NCBI GenBank assembly: GCA_950097015.1
Contig: CATNEN010000033.1
Span: forward strand, 2,852,001 to 2,916,000
DNA from: Macrostomum hystrix
Taxonomy: Eukaryota > Animalia > Platyhelminthes
DNA length: 64,000 nt
Reading direction: 5' to 3'
The position numbers and the translations under genes are program-made. The notes under the pieces are model-generated. The model was not told the origin of the DNA. It did no database searches and was given only the letters and a program-made list of their open reading frames with translations. Shown here piece after piece: positions 36,701-47,864 of the stretch (its first letter is position 1; each line of letters begins with the position of its first letter).

Positions 36701-39700
36701 CGGGATGTCGCAGATGTCCGTGGCGAGTTTGAGAGCGGTTCATACAATGTCACTTATTCGTACTATTTGAAATGTGGTGTCCGGCGAGTTTGAGAGCGGT
36801 TCATACAATGTCACTTATTCGTACTATTTGAAATGTGGTGTCCGATCCGAATTTTAGCGCTAACAACAAGTTCTAATGACATCAAATTGATTATTTAAAT
36901 AGATAAGCTTTCATCTATCTTTCGCAAGCTTCAAATCTCTGATGTACTGCATCTTATGTTCGCCATTAATGTTAAATGATATGATTGATTATTATTAAAC
37001 ATATTTCGAATCGCAGCCGAAATGTGAACACATGCTCAGGTGTATGCTCCTAGTTTTCGCCAGCCAAGGTAAAGGCGAGAGTGAAAAACGGTCCTTGCTA
37101 ATATGCTTCTGCCCTCGCCCGCCAAGTTCTCACGTTCGAGTTCTCTCCACTCCACTCCATCTCTAGTCTCTCTAGAGCTTTGCGCAGCCAGCTTCTGTTT
37201 ATCTTGCCAGCAGGTGGCTGAGGCTCGCCTTGGCGCGGTGCTTAGCCAACTGTTTAATATTATCGGCATCTAAAAAGCTGAGCGAACTAAATATTAGAAT
37301 TGTAGCTTTCAGCGATTATGCTGAGCTAAGACCGGCATTGCGAGAGTTACGAGGGGCGATCAAAAAGTTCTGCAACCAACTGTCCTGTAGCCACTTCTGC
37401 TGCACCAAATAAAGTGAAATTTGCTTGAGTTGTTCAAAATTTTGTTTTTTCCTTCCTTGTAGAGTTTCAGTTGATTTCGAGAATCAGTTTCAGTTTTACT
37501 GGACACCAACCAACTCCAGTTTTCAGCCTGTACATGGAATCATCAAAAGACAACATTCGCTTTTACATATATGCGCATGCATCTGGGGAAAAAGCTGTGG
37601 AAATTCACAGCGACTTAGTTTCAGTGTTGGCTGAAGCTGCGCCGTCATTTGACACTGTCGCACGCTGGATGTGCCACTTTACCGATGGACGAACGAGCTC
37701 CAAAGACGAGAGTCAGTCTGGACGACCCCGGACATCCGTGACCGAGGCATCAGTGGCCCGCGCGGACACAATTGTGCGCGAGGATTGCGGTGTGACACTG
37801 AGATTCCTTGCCTACGAGTTCGGTGTCAACTATGGAAGCGCCCACACCATCATGCATGAGCAGCTGGGCCGCTCCAAGACCTGCGCCCGCTGGGTGCCGC
37901 ACCTGCTCACAATGGAACAGTGCGCTGAGCGCGTGCGAATCTGCCGCCTGTGGCTGGAGCTGTTCGAACCAAATGGTCCAAGAAGGCTGTCTGACGTTGT
38001 GACAGGAGACGAATGTTGGATTTCCTTCTTCACGATGAAGGACAAGCAGTCCAACATGGTATTTTCTCGCATTCAGGACCTGGCACGAGCAGTCAAATCA
38101 GAACTCGAGAGACTACCAACATCAGAGTACCTCAGCTGCTTCCAGGCCTGGCGGATGCGAATGCAACGTGCATTGAAGCTGAGGGGAAGTACGAGTACTT
38201 TGAGGGAATGCGACACTGAATGTGTGCTCCAGTTTTCTCTGGACTTTGTAATAACGCAGCTTGCAGAACTTTTTGATCGCCCCTCTTAACTGTTTGACTA
38301 CTAAAGCTGACGCTATAAAGAGTTTGCTTGAGAAGCAAAAAAAATTACTTCGGTCCGGTTTTCAAGGCTAAGCATTTACATTTGAGATTTTACGAAAACT
38401 TTTTTGAGAAGTATGAAAAGGACTGAAGAAACAACAGACTGGATTCACGCGTGAGAATAGACACGTGGAAGACTTGACTCAGAGATAGGACACGTGGAAG
38501 ACTTGACTGAGCGATGGGAGGCACGGAAGACTTGACTGAGAGATGAGAGGCACGGAAGGATTGATTGAGAGATGGGAGACACGGGAGGACTGCCTGAGAG
38601 ATGGGACACATGGAAGACTTGGCTGAGAGATGAGACACATGGAAGACTTGACTGAGAGATGGGAGACACAGAAGGATTGACTGAGAGATGGGAGACACGG
38701 AAGGATTGACTGAGAGATGGGAGACACGGAAGACTTGACTGAGAGATGGGACACATGGAAGACTTGGCTGAGAGATGGGACACATGGAAGACTTGACTGA
38801 GAGATGGGAGACACAGAAGGATTGACTGAGAGATGGGAGACACGGAAGGATTGACTGAGAGATGGAAGACACGGAAGGATTGACTGAGAGATGGGAGACA
38901 CGGAAGGATTGACTGAGAGATGGGAGACACGGAAGACTTGACTGAGAGATGGGAGACACAGAATGATTGCCTGAGAGATGGGAGACACGGAAGGATTGAC
39001 TGAGAGATGGGAGACACGGAAGACTTGACTGAGAGATGGGAGACACAGAAGGATTGCCTGAGAGATGGGAGACACGGAAGGATTGACTGAGAGATGGGAG
39101 ACACGGAAGAATTGACTGACAGATAAGAGATTCATGCTGTGTTCATTGCCTGACTTGCCGCATACCCTCAGGGTCCCCATCCTCATACTTGCTGTCAGTC
39201 TGGGATTACTTGCGCCTGGCTGGTCAGGTCAGTGCGGATCCTTGCTCACCGCAATTTCCCGTCTAGTCTGGTCTGGTCTATTCCGTTTCCATTCATTTCT
39301 ATTGCAGCTAATGCAGTCCAAGACTGAGCACAGGCGTGATTGCAATTCGATTCCGGGTGTCAGTAATACATTTTTGTTGCTAACAGACAAGGTGTCGATC
39401 GTGCTGGCTGCAGGGGTTATTATTTATTTGCCTATATGCAAAAGAGGCTGAGTTGAGAGGCAGCTGTGACCGTGAAGCTAAGCTGGGTCTAAAATAAGGC
39501 CAGAGAAGGAGAGCGAACGCGTGACATTTCTCATCTTTGTTACACGCTTGCAGGTTCTTGCATGTCCGTCTGCCTTGGAGACCCGAAACTTTTGATGCTC
39601 TTGAAAAAAATTGGTTCGATTCCGCGCCTGCAGTTTTGCTACTTCAATCTTTTAAGGACTAAAAGATGGGCAGGCGTGACTTTCTCGCACAGTTCTCAGT

Positions 39701-42700
39701 TTTCTTTCAGATTCGTCTGAGTCCTGGTGCCTCTGAGTTCATTTTAGAGTTTTTCCTTTACGCCGAATTGTAAGGATGCACAAGGCTTCGTTTTCCGCAT
39801 TCTCGTGGTTGTTTACTTCTTGAAGGCTTTCTTTTCCTCAATGCTCATCCTTCACCTATACTAAATATAGTATTTACTAGGAAACAGGTAAGGTGGCTCG
39901 CTTTAAAGTATGAATCAAGACGAACCCGAGTATTAACACGAGTGTTTCGACGCGTTTCGCACTCCAGGGTGCATCCTCAGGTATATTGTTTAGAATGAGA
40001 GTGTAACGAACAAGGCTAATTTATAAATAATCAGCTGTGATCCGTTCTAGTCCTTGAGTACATCAGCTGTGATCCATTCTAGTCATTAAGTACATCAGCT
40101 GTGATCCTTTCTTGACATTCAGCGCATCAACCGTATTTGAGCACGCAAATTGAATCCTACGATCTTATGATTCGTTGGCAATAATTTACAGAGTCTCTGT
40201 TTTCTCCACCCCATTTACTCTGGGATGTCTAAGGATTGGTCTTCTCTGCCATCTTTTTGCTTCTCATCTTATCTATGTTAGGAAATCTTAGCACTAACCT
40301 CAAGGGAATCCCAGCTCTCGGGCTCTAAGGCTGTCAAGCGCACACGCAGACACAGCGTTCCACTTTGAAACATGTCTCTCCTCTCACCCATATCTTTCCT
40401 TCTCCCTTGCATAATTTCTTTGCTTTAGCAGCTTTGCGTAAAAGGATTTCGGCATCTAGCACAACGAATCCTCCTTCACTATAAAGCATTATTAGATGCC
40501 ATAAAAGTGAGCTATATGAACGTACGAGCACACAGTAAAGGCGAATGATTCTGGTTCCTACACTCTCTGGCTGCCGAGGCATGACAGTTATAATTGATGG
40601 GTGAGCCTTAGCTAAACTTTCTCTCTTCGAATATTAGCCCGCGCGTGGAGTTAAGATTGAGCGTCTCAAGGCTGGCTGGCGGTCAATTTTTTCTTTTGAT
40701 TTATTCCTCGGCTGATTCCTAAAAAATTGGCTGCTATTTTGGTGGAAGGTTTCATCAGAATCTGGAAGGCTTCATAAGAATCTGGAAGGTTTCATGGGAA
40801 TCTGGAAGGCTTCATGAGAATCTGGAAGGTTTCATAAGAATCTGGAAGGTTTCATGAGAATCTGGAAGGCTTCATGAGAATCTGGAAGGTTTCATGAGAA
40901 TCTGGAAGGCTTCATGAGAATCTGGAAGGCTTCATAAGAATCTGGAAGGTTTCATGGGAATCTGGAAGGTTTCATAAGAATCTGGAAGGTTTCATGAGAA
41001 TCTGGAAGGCTTCATGAGAATCTGGAAGGTTTCATGAGAATCTGGAAGGCTTCATGAGAATCTGGAAGGTTTCACGTGAATCTGGAAGGTTTCATGAGAA
41101 TCTGGAAGGTTTCATGAGAATCTGGAAGGTTTCATGAGAATCTGGAAGGCTTCATGAGAATCTGGAAGGCTTCATGAGAATCTGGAAGGTTTCATGAGAA
41201 AATAAACATTAAAAAGTTACAAGCCTGTATGCGGTTAAACAAATAGCTCCATTATTTAAATAGATACGTTTTTGCTTTTATAAATGCATCAAAAAGCAAA
41301 AAAAGCAATGTAATGCGTCCACATGAAATCTCACAAATCGCTTTGCATCATGGAATTTCATTTAAATAATAGAAACAGCATAAAAAACTTGCTGCTAAAA
41401 TTAAAGCCTCTTTCTAAGAATATGCCTCTGTTAAAATTATCCTCTGTTTAAATATAATTTAAACAGATCCAGCCACAAATCATGACTGCATCCATCAATT
41501 ATTGCAAATTAGAATTCAAACAAATGCTAGTCCAAAAAAGTCGACGCGAATAATTTATTGGTCCAGATTGTTTGCAAGGGCCTATGTTGCAAGAAGAGCT
41601 TGTACTTTTGTTGCTAGGATGCCACCGATCTGTTCATATTCAGATGCTTTCTACTAAACCTTTCGTGTATCTCTTTGTTACGAGTACTATTGTAAATAAG
41701 TATATGATCCACTTTCATTCTCTTTCTGTTAATAATCCTATCTCGCTGTTCATAATCCTATCTCGCTGTTCATAATCCCATCTCGCTGTTCAAGATCTCA
41801 TACTTCTGTTCATGATCCCATCTCGCTGTTCATGATCTCATCCTGCTATTCATGATCCCATCTCGCTGTTCATGATCTCATCTAGCTAGGTCGTATCAGA
41901 TAGTTTGTGATTCGAATTACTTGAGCACCTGAATCCATAAATGTTATATATACTGGTATATCTGTCTTTTTAAGTTTGCCTACCGTGTTTTAATGGGTTT
42001 ATTGTGCTAGGCCTCTGTCTGTGTTACATCGTACTGAAAAAAGTATCCACGTGGCTGAAAGGAATTCTCCAGCTTTCTGCAGAGCAGCGCAGTGAGGTGG
42101 GGCAAGGAGCGCAATCGGCCGTTAAATCCAGGAGTTCTTCGATTATTAGTGCTCGAATATTTTATTCGCTAGCCTCGATTCGGCGCCCGTCTGGCTTTCT
42201 CTTCTCCCAGGAGACTCGCGAGTCGAATCGTCAGCGAACCGAGCCAATCCCAGGGATTTCCTTTCCCGCCAAAATATCGCTGTAACTCACGAAATTCCGC
42301 CTGTAGTCAGCAAATCTAAATCTGGTGTTGATTTACATTTTGCAGCGTTTCGCTTTATTTGCTACTTTCTTAAGTAGACGTGCTAGCTTATTTGATAATA
42401 AAAATTTTCACTTACCCATAACTGCAGGGCTACTACAAGGACACCGTCGACTTTTACTTTGATAGTCGCGACGAGTGCAAACAGTTCTGGAAAAAGTGCA
42501 TCGAGCATCACACCTTCTTTCGCTGCCAGTCGGCTAGGGCGCCTTCCAAGCATAGGAATATTGTCGTTTCCAAGGGCTCATCGTTCAGGTGAGTTGATAC
42601 CACACCAGATCCTCCAGACTGCTCCCACACCAGATCCACCAGACTGCTCCCACACCAGATCCTTCAGACTGCTCCCACACCAGATCCTTCAGACTGCTCC

Positions 42701-45700
42701 CACACCAGATCCACCAGACTGCTCCCACACCAGATCCACCAGACTGCTCCCACACCAGATCCTTCAGACTGCTCCCACACCAGATCCACCAGACTGCTCC
42801 CACACCAGATCCTTCAGACTGCTCCCACACCAGATCCTTCAGACTGCTCCCACACCAGATCCACCAGACTGCTCCCACACCAGATCCACCAGACTGCTCC
42901 CACACCAGATCCACCAGACTGCTCCCACACCAGATCCATCAGACTGCTCCCACACCAGATCCTTCAGACTGCTCCCACACCAGATCCACCAGACTGCTCC
43001 CACACCAGATCCATCAGACTGCTCCCACACCAGATCCTTCAGACTGCTCCCACACCAGATCCATCAGACTGCTCCCACACCAGATCCTTCAGACTGCTCC
43101 CACACCAGATCCATCAGACTGCTCCCACACCAGATCCACCAGACTGCTCCCACACCAGATCCTTCAGACTGCTCCCACACCAGATCCACCAGACTGCTCC
43201 CACACCAGATCCACCAGACTGCTCCCACACCAGATCCACCAGACTGCTCCCACACCAGATCCATCAGACTGCTCCCACACCAGATCCTTCAGACTGCTCC
43301 CACACCAGATCCACCAGACTGCTCCCACACCAGATCCATCAGACTGCTCCCACACCAGATCCTTCAGACTGCTCCCACACCAGATCCATCAGACTGCTCC
43401 CACACCAGATCCTTCAGACTGCTCCCACACCAGATCCATCAGACTGCTCCCACACCAGATCCACCAGACTGCTCCCACACCAGATCCTTCAGACTGCTCC
43501 CACACCAGATCCTTCAGACTGCTCCCACACCAGATCCATCAGACTGCTCCCACACCAGATCCTTCAGACTGCTCCCACACCAGATCCATCAGACTGCTCC
43601 CACACCAGATCCATCAGACTGCTCCCCACCTAAGAGTTATCGAGATTCAGGCAAATATTTTCGGTCCATTCCATTATTGTTTGTAATTTGTTATGCAGGA
43701 AATGAGTATATATATATTTATTACTGATTGCAGGTACTCCGGTCGAACACAGAAACAGTTGGTGGAATTCGTTCGGGAGAACTATGTAAAAAGGCCCTAT
43801 TTCGACAGGTAAGTGCTTGAATTAATTTTTTGATTTTAAGGCTTGCCGAGCAATATCCAGGTGATTTTCTCTACTATTGCAGGTCGGCGAATCGATCTCT
43901 GCCAAGTCGCTCGCCTGCCAGCCGCCGCTCCGGACCTCCAAGCGGACACCATCATTCGGCAGGCGGCGGTGGCGCCCGCTCCGGAGCTTCAACCACCTCT
44001 CATGGCTCGCATGTTCTGTTGCCTAGCAACGGAGACGCCACCAGACCACTGCTGGACATGGCCGCCGGGCATCTCCGCCGGCCAGCTTCTGTATCGCCAC
44101 CGCAGACTAATTCGCCGCCGCAGCCGATCGCCTCCGGCCGTCGAGGATTTCAACCGGTTGGCAGCAACGGCGGCGGAGCCTCTCGAGCTCGCTCTTTGCC
44201 AGGCGACGATCGCGTTGATGCTGGCCGCTTCGGCGGCGTAGTGGCTGTAACCGATGATTTTGACGGCTCGCCGCCGCCTCCGCCGCCACCGCCGCCTCTG
44301 CTAGACGACGAAGAACTGCCGAGTGAGTGGCATATTTGTTATTCTGCGTGCATTTATAATCTGCATTGTATGACAGTTACAGGCAATGTAAGTTAATTGA
44401 GATCGAGACAGCGGATTTTTGTCTCCGCTGTCTCTAATCATCCGCCTCTCGCCCTCACAATTCACTTCGCAGTTGTCGAAGGCGTCGACGGACCCGACCT
44501 GCCGCCGCCTTCGTTGGCGCCCTCCATGCAGCTCAATGAATTCCTTCCGCTGCCTCCGCCGCCGCCGCCGCCCCTGCTGGACCCCAACGAGGCCTCATCA
44601 CCCGGCTTCGCTTCGCTGGTTCGGCCGACACCGCAGCGCCGTCCGCTGATCCGCTCAGACAAGCTTGACGACGCCACTGCCACTGCTGGTCACAGCAGGG
44701 GCGCTGCCACCATTCTGGGCCACAGAGAAGAGACAGACATCATTCAGGAGCAGCCAGACCCGCTGCACTTGGTGAGGATGGCCTAAATGCAGGTAGAATA
44801 TATAGTAATTATACCTGGCCAGTTGGCCACATGTACAGCCAGTGAGTAGCTATCGCTCGACGCTTCCAAATTTCAAACCCAACTGATGCTGCGGACACAA
44901 ATTGTCTTTCTGAATTAAGATTCGAACTCGCGACCTCCCGGTCAGAAATCCCACGCTCTAACCACTAGGCTACAAGCTGCCTACTCAGATACCCTCCTGA
45001 TGGAAGCTCTCTCCCCTCCTCCTTTCTCTCTTTCTCGCCCATCGTTCTAAAATATAAATTCAATACTAAGATGTAAAAGAAAACCCAGAATTGGATTTTC
45101 TTTCGCGAAATGTTTTTAGCCGAAATGAGGACAGACATATGAAAGGCTGTTTGAGAGGCCCAGCCTGGGCACTCCGTTAATTGCATCGCTGCTGTGGCCG
45201 GCGCGCCCTTCGCTGCGGTCCGGCAAACCTTTTGCCAATTAGGCGCGGGCTCCGCAATTTCCAGGTCTGACTGTCGTTCAAATTTGCCGCAGGGAGCTGG
45301 GGCATTGCTGCGCGGACTGAGGTAAAATAATGACAGGAAGCCGGTCCGCGCAGAGATAAAAACTCACTTGAGTAGATTCGAGTTTCCCGTTGACCGCTGA
45401 AAATTCTTCGCCAGTAGTTGCTCACTCTTCCTCTCTCCCTTCCAACCTGAAGGGTCCCCGATCATTTATCGGCCGGCACCAGCAAATGACGGACGCAGCC
45501 GATTCTGCTTCTGTCGTCACCGATCTCCAGCACGACGACGATGGCGCCAGGTCGGTCGCCTCGCACACCCTGGGCGGCCTGAGCAGCTACGCCGCGTCGG
45601 CGGCAGCCACCACGGACGACGCTGACTCGGACGCACGCAGCATTGCATCGGCGACCAGCGGCGCCCTGAGCGGCTCCAGTCGGCGTCGGCGGCACCAGCC

Positions 45701-47864
45701 GAAAGAGCGAGCATACTTCGCCGCCAAAATGCTGCTGGCCTGCGAGCGTCAGGTTAATAGAGATCTGCGCCTGCTGTGCCACGGCCTGCCAGGCGAGATG
45801 GACAACGGCGACTGCGACGGTGACGGCGAAGGCGAACACGAGGTCGACGCGAAAATCAAAGATAAAGACTCGAGCCTGAAAGAGCTTCTGGCAATGCTGG
45901 AGCCGGTGCGATCCGCTCAGCAACGGTTTCTAAGCGCGTTGGAGCAGCGTCTGAGAGCCTGGGAGGCCGCCTCTGCCGCTGTCGCGGCAGCTCTCGCTAA
46001 CGGCCAGGCACCGCCGCCTACGGCCGACGATCAACGCCGACTGGGCGACTTGCTGCTGGAGCACCTGCCGCTGTTTCTTCCACCCGTCTGCGCCTATGCA
46101 CAGGTCAGTAGTCATCGAACTAACCGACTGTTCGAGCACGGAATGTCTATTAAAAATTCCAGTTTAAGTCACAGCTAAATCTCAATAAACTCCCCACAGG
46201 CTTTGCCCAATCGCTTCCTCTCGGCTGTCGGCGACGGTCCAGGCGCCACAGTTCGACGCTTCGAGTCGTCGCGTGCCTGCCACTTGCCGCTGGCGTGTCT
46301 TCTGCTCGGCCCGGCCCGCCGGCCCGCCCGCCTGGCCGGCCTCTGCGAACGACTGCTGGCCGCCCCCGCCGGCTCTGCTGATACCGCGGATTGTCGGGCC
46401 GCCCTGCGGCAACTTGTCGACGCAGCCGATGCCGTCCGGCCGGCATGCGATCGGGCTGAGCAGCTCTGCGGTCTGGTGGAACTCCGGCGCGACCTGCCCG
46501 CCGGTCTTGAGGGTGTCCTTGACAAATTGTCTAAAAATGACGAGAGCGACTTCTCCGACGCTGCCGCCCACGTTGGCGGAGTTCGACTCGTTCGCATCGG
46601 CTGGCTGCGCAAGCCGGGCTCACGTCGCGGCGGTGGCGGCCGCCTCCTCTGCCTGCTGAGCGACCGGCTACTCATCCTGGGCCGGCCCTCCACTGGCGCC
46701 TCCTTGTTCTCTGCGTCGGCTTCGGCCGCATCTGCTTCCGTGGCGTCTGCGGCTGCGTCGGCAACTTCGACACCAACTGGAAGTCGGGGCGGTGGAGGCT
46801 GCGGCGGTTCTTCTAATTCCGCTCTGCTGCGCCTAAGGGCGAAAATTCCTCTACGCGGACTGCGCGCGTTTGAAACACCGACAGGCGTCGGCAACTCCGA
46901 TCGGCACTGCCAGCTCAGCCTAATCCCCGGCGCTACCCCGTCTGACGCAGCTGTCGTCTGTCAGCAGCAGCAGCAGCAACCAGTCATTGTCCTGGCGGCT
47001 CGAAGTCGACGTCAGCGCGATCTTTGGCTGCGCGATTTGCAAACCGCTGCCGCTGATGCTCCTCCAATGTCGACTACTTCGCCTGCGTCGGCAACCCCGG
47101 CTTTAGTCGATTTTACTTCTGCCTCCGAGCAGCTTCAGCAGCAGCGAGCGCTTCTGCCGACGCGAGTCTGTTGGCACCGATGCGCCAGCGTCGGCTTCTC
47201 GGACATCGAGCGCAGTCATAGCTGCGATCTGAGCGGTCACCTGCTCCGTAAACTCACTAGTGCTCCCGGCTGGCAGCGCCTGTGGGTGGCCTTCTCTCAC
47301 CTGGCCCTGTTCTTTTATAAGTCCTATCGGGTGAGTGCACCACTTCTCTCCACTTTTCTTGTTAATAATTTTGTTTAGTCTGGCTGATATAGTGATTCTT
47401 AGCAAACTTTGCGAACTTTGCTTATAAATCCCCTTTCAACCAATCAGGACGAGGCTCCCATGGCCACGCTGCCTCTGATTGGCTATCGGGTTGGCCCACC
47501 AGATCCTTCTGACCAAGAGCTGGTTCAGGGCAAGAGTCACGTGTTCAAACTGCAATGGAAGCACCACCGGTACTTCTTTCGGGCTGACTCGGAGTACACT
47601 TACAACAGGTAATTGATAATTGCTTATTGCTAATTGATTTCTGTTTTAGCCTCTTTGTGTCACTCACTTTACTTGTCACTCCGCAGCTTCTTCACTGGCA
47701 CTCCACAGTCTTCTTAAATGTCACTCTAGTAAATTGAATTATTTCACTCCGCAACCAAATTTAATTTTAATTGCTCCGCGTACAGCTGGCTGGAGACCCT
47801 CAGCGACGCGATTCTTCCACTGGCAGCGGAGCCCGAAGCTGAGAGAGCGCCACTGCGTGAATGA
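24759..47864 (+). CDS. FARP: FERM, RhoGEF (DH) and PH domain protein, complete, 15 exons: 24759..24899, 27489..27593, 28294..28415, 28534..28631, 32353..32479, 32579..32666, 35088..35243, 42428..42588, 43734..43808, 43883..44322, 44473..44771, 45453..46103, 46200..47330, 47448..47608, 47786..47864 (3834 nt, 1277 aa)
   Basis: FERM motifs [91 protein letters not shown]; FERM-adjacent [14 protein letters not shown]; Pro-rich linker; DH-like [22 protein letters not shown]; PH1 [10 protein letters not shown]; PH2 [64 protein letters not shown]. All introns are GT-AG with matching phases. Confidence 0.95.
25718..26311. repeat. Minisatellite, 32-bp unit ggacatcaaggcttcagttcgccaactaaaaa, ~18 copies (FARP intron 1)
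   Basis: Tandem periodicity with no spacers. Confidence 0.98.
26325..26530 (+). mobile_element. tRNA-derived SINE
   Basis: A-box-like TGGTTAGCTGG and B-box-like GGCTTCGATTCC, followed by a conserved SINE-body-like gtatcctaagaagacacttaactc...tgaatggatgccagcattag. Its 3' part recurs at about 13909..13980. Confidence 0.65.
27636..28160. repeat. Minisatellite, 12-bp unit ctcacctatcta (FARP intron 2)
   Basis: Tandem periodicity. Confidence 0.98.
28662..29446. repeat. Minisatellite, 21-bp unit ttaggtaaggcaggtagggat, 37 copies (FARP intron 4)
   Basis: Tandem periodicity; open in the frame of FARP exon 4. Confidence 0.98.
31380..32155. repeat. Minisatellite, 17-20-bp units around gacaccccactgtcttct (FARP intron 4)
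   Basis: Tandem periodicity, more diverged than the other arrays. Confidence 0.95.
32707..33293. repeat. Minisatellite, 30-bp unit gtgggattttgtggctgccatattgagtag, ~19 copies (FARP intron 6)
   Basis: Tandem periodicity; it begins about 40 nt after the donor at 32667. Confidence 0.98.
33915..34722. repeat. Minisatellite, 29-30-bp unit gagattttgagactgaagcactgtatggt (FARP intron 6)
   Basis: Tandem periodicity with a gradient of variants along the array. Confidence 0.98.
35375..35922. repeat. Minisatellite, 21-bp unit aatcaggttgctatagcagct (FARP intron 7)
   Basis: Tandem periodicity. Confidence 0.97.
36722..36843. repeat. 61-bp direct tandem duplication
   Basis: ggcgagtttgagagcggttcatacaatgtcacttattcgtactatttgaaatgtggtgtcc occurs twice. 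Confidence 0.9.
37350..38286 (+). mobile_element. Internally deleted mariner element in FARP intron 7
   Basis: TA|cgaggggcgatcaaaaagttctgcaa is inverted at ttgcagaactttttgatcgcccctct|TA. ORF 37471..38289 has SGRP, WVPHLL and VVTGDECW, then jumps to the C-terminus; the second Asp and YSPDLAP region are missing. Confidence 0.92.
38457..39122. repeat. Minisatellite, 28-29-bp unit gagagatgggagacacggaaggattgact (FARP intron 7)
   Basis: Tandem periodicity. Confidence 0.97.
39945..39985 (-). ncRNA. Minimal type I hammerhead ribozyme motif of Penelope-like-element type
   Basis: Minus strand CUGAGGA-U-GCAC-CCUGGA-GUGC-GAAA-CGCG-UC: conserved core, 4-bp stem II, palindromic ACGCGU stem III, GUC cleavage triplet. 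Stem I pairs poorly. Three copies of a ~32-nt repeat lie nearby at about 40030..40110. Confidence 0.62.
40757..41200. repeat. Minisatellite, 20-bp unit gaatctggaaggtttcatga, ~22 copies (FARP intron 7)
   Basis: Tandem periodicity. Confidence 0.98.
41735..41885. repeat. Minisatellite, 20-bp unit catgatcccatctcgctgtt (FARP intron 7)
   Basis: Tandem periodicity, diverged. Confidence 0.9.
42600..43627. repeat. Minisatellite, 25-bp unit cacaccagatcc(tt/at/ac)cagactgctcc, ~41 copies (FARP intron 8)
   Basis: Tandem periodicity; it begins about 11 nt after the donor at 42589. Confidence 0.99.
44919..44974 (-). mobile_element. tRNA-derived SINE head (tRNA-like pseudo-sequence)
   Basis: Minus strand tgtagcctagtggttagagcgtgggatttctgaccgggaggtcgcgagttcgaatc has A and B boxes, but the anticodon stem does not pair and no acceptor stem is evident. 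Confidence 0.6.

Noticed and set aside
2530-43727. Long repetitive ORFs in the track (2530-3410, 8619-9239, 27510-28234, 31501-31996, 32613-33459, 33824-34826, 35260-36048, 38390-39186, 42459-43727)
   Set aside because: They are translations of intronic minisatellites, open in several frames and on both strands. They are not protein genes.
44919-44974. Possible tRNA gene
   Set aside because: A and B boxes are present, but the anticodon and acceptor stems do not pair; it is better explained as a SINE head.
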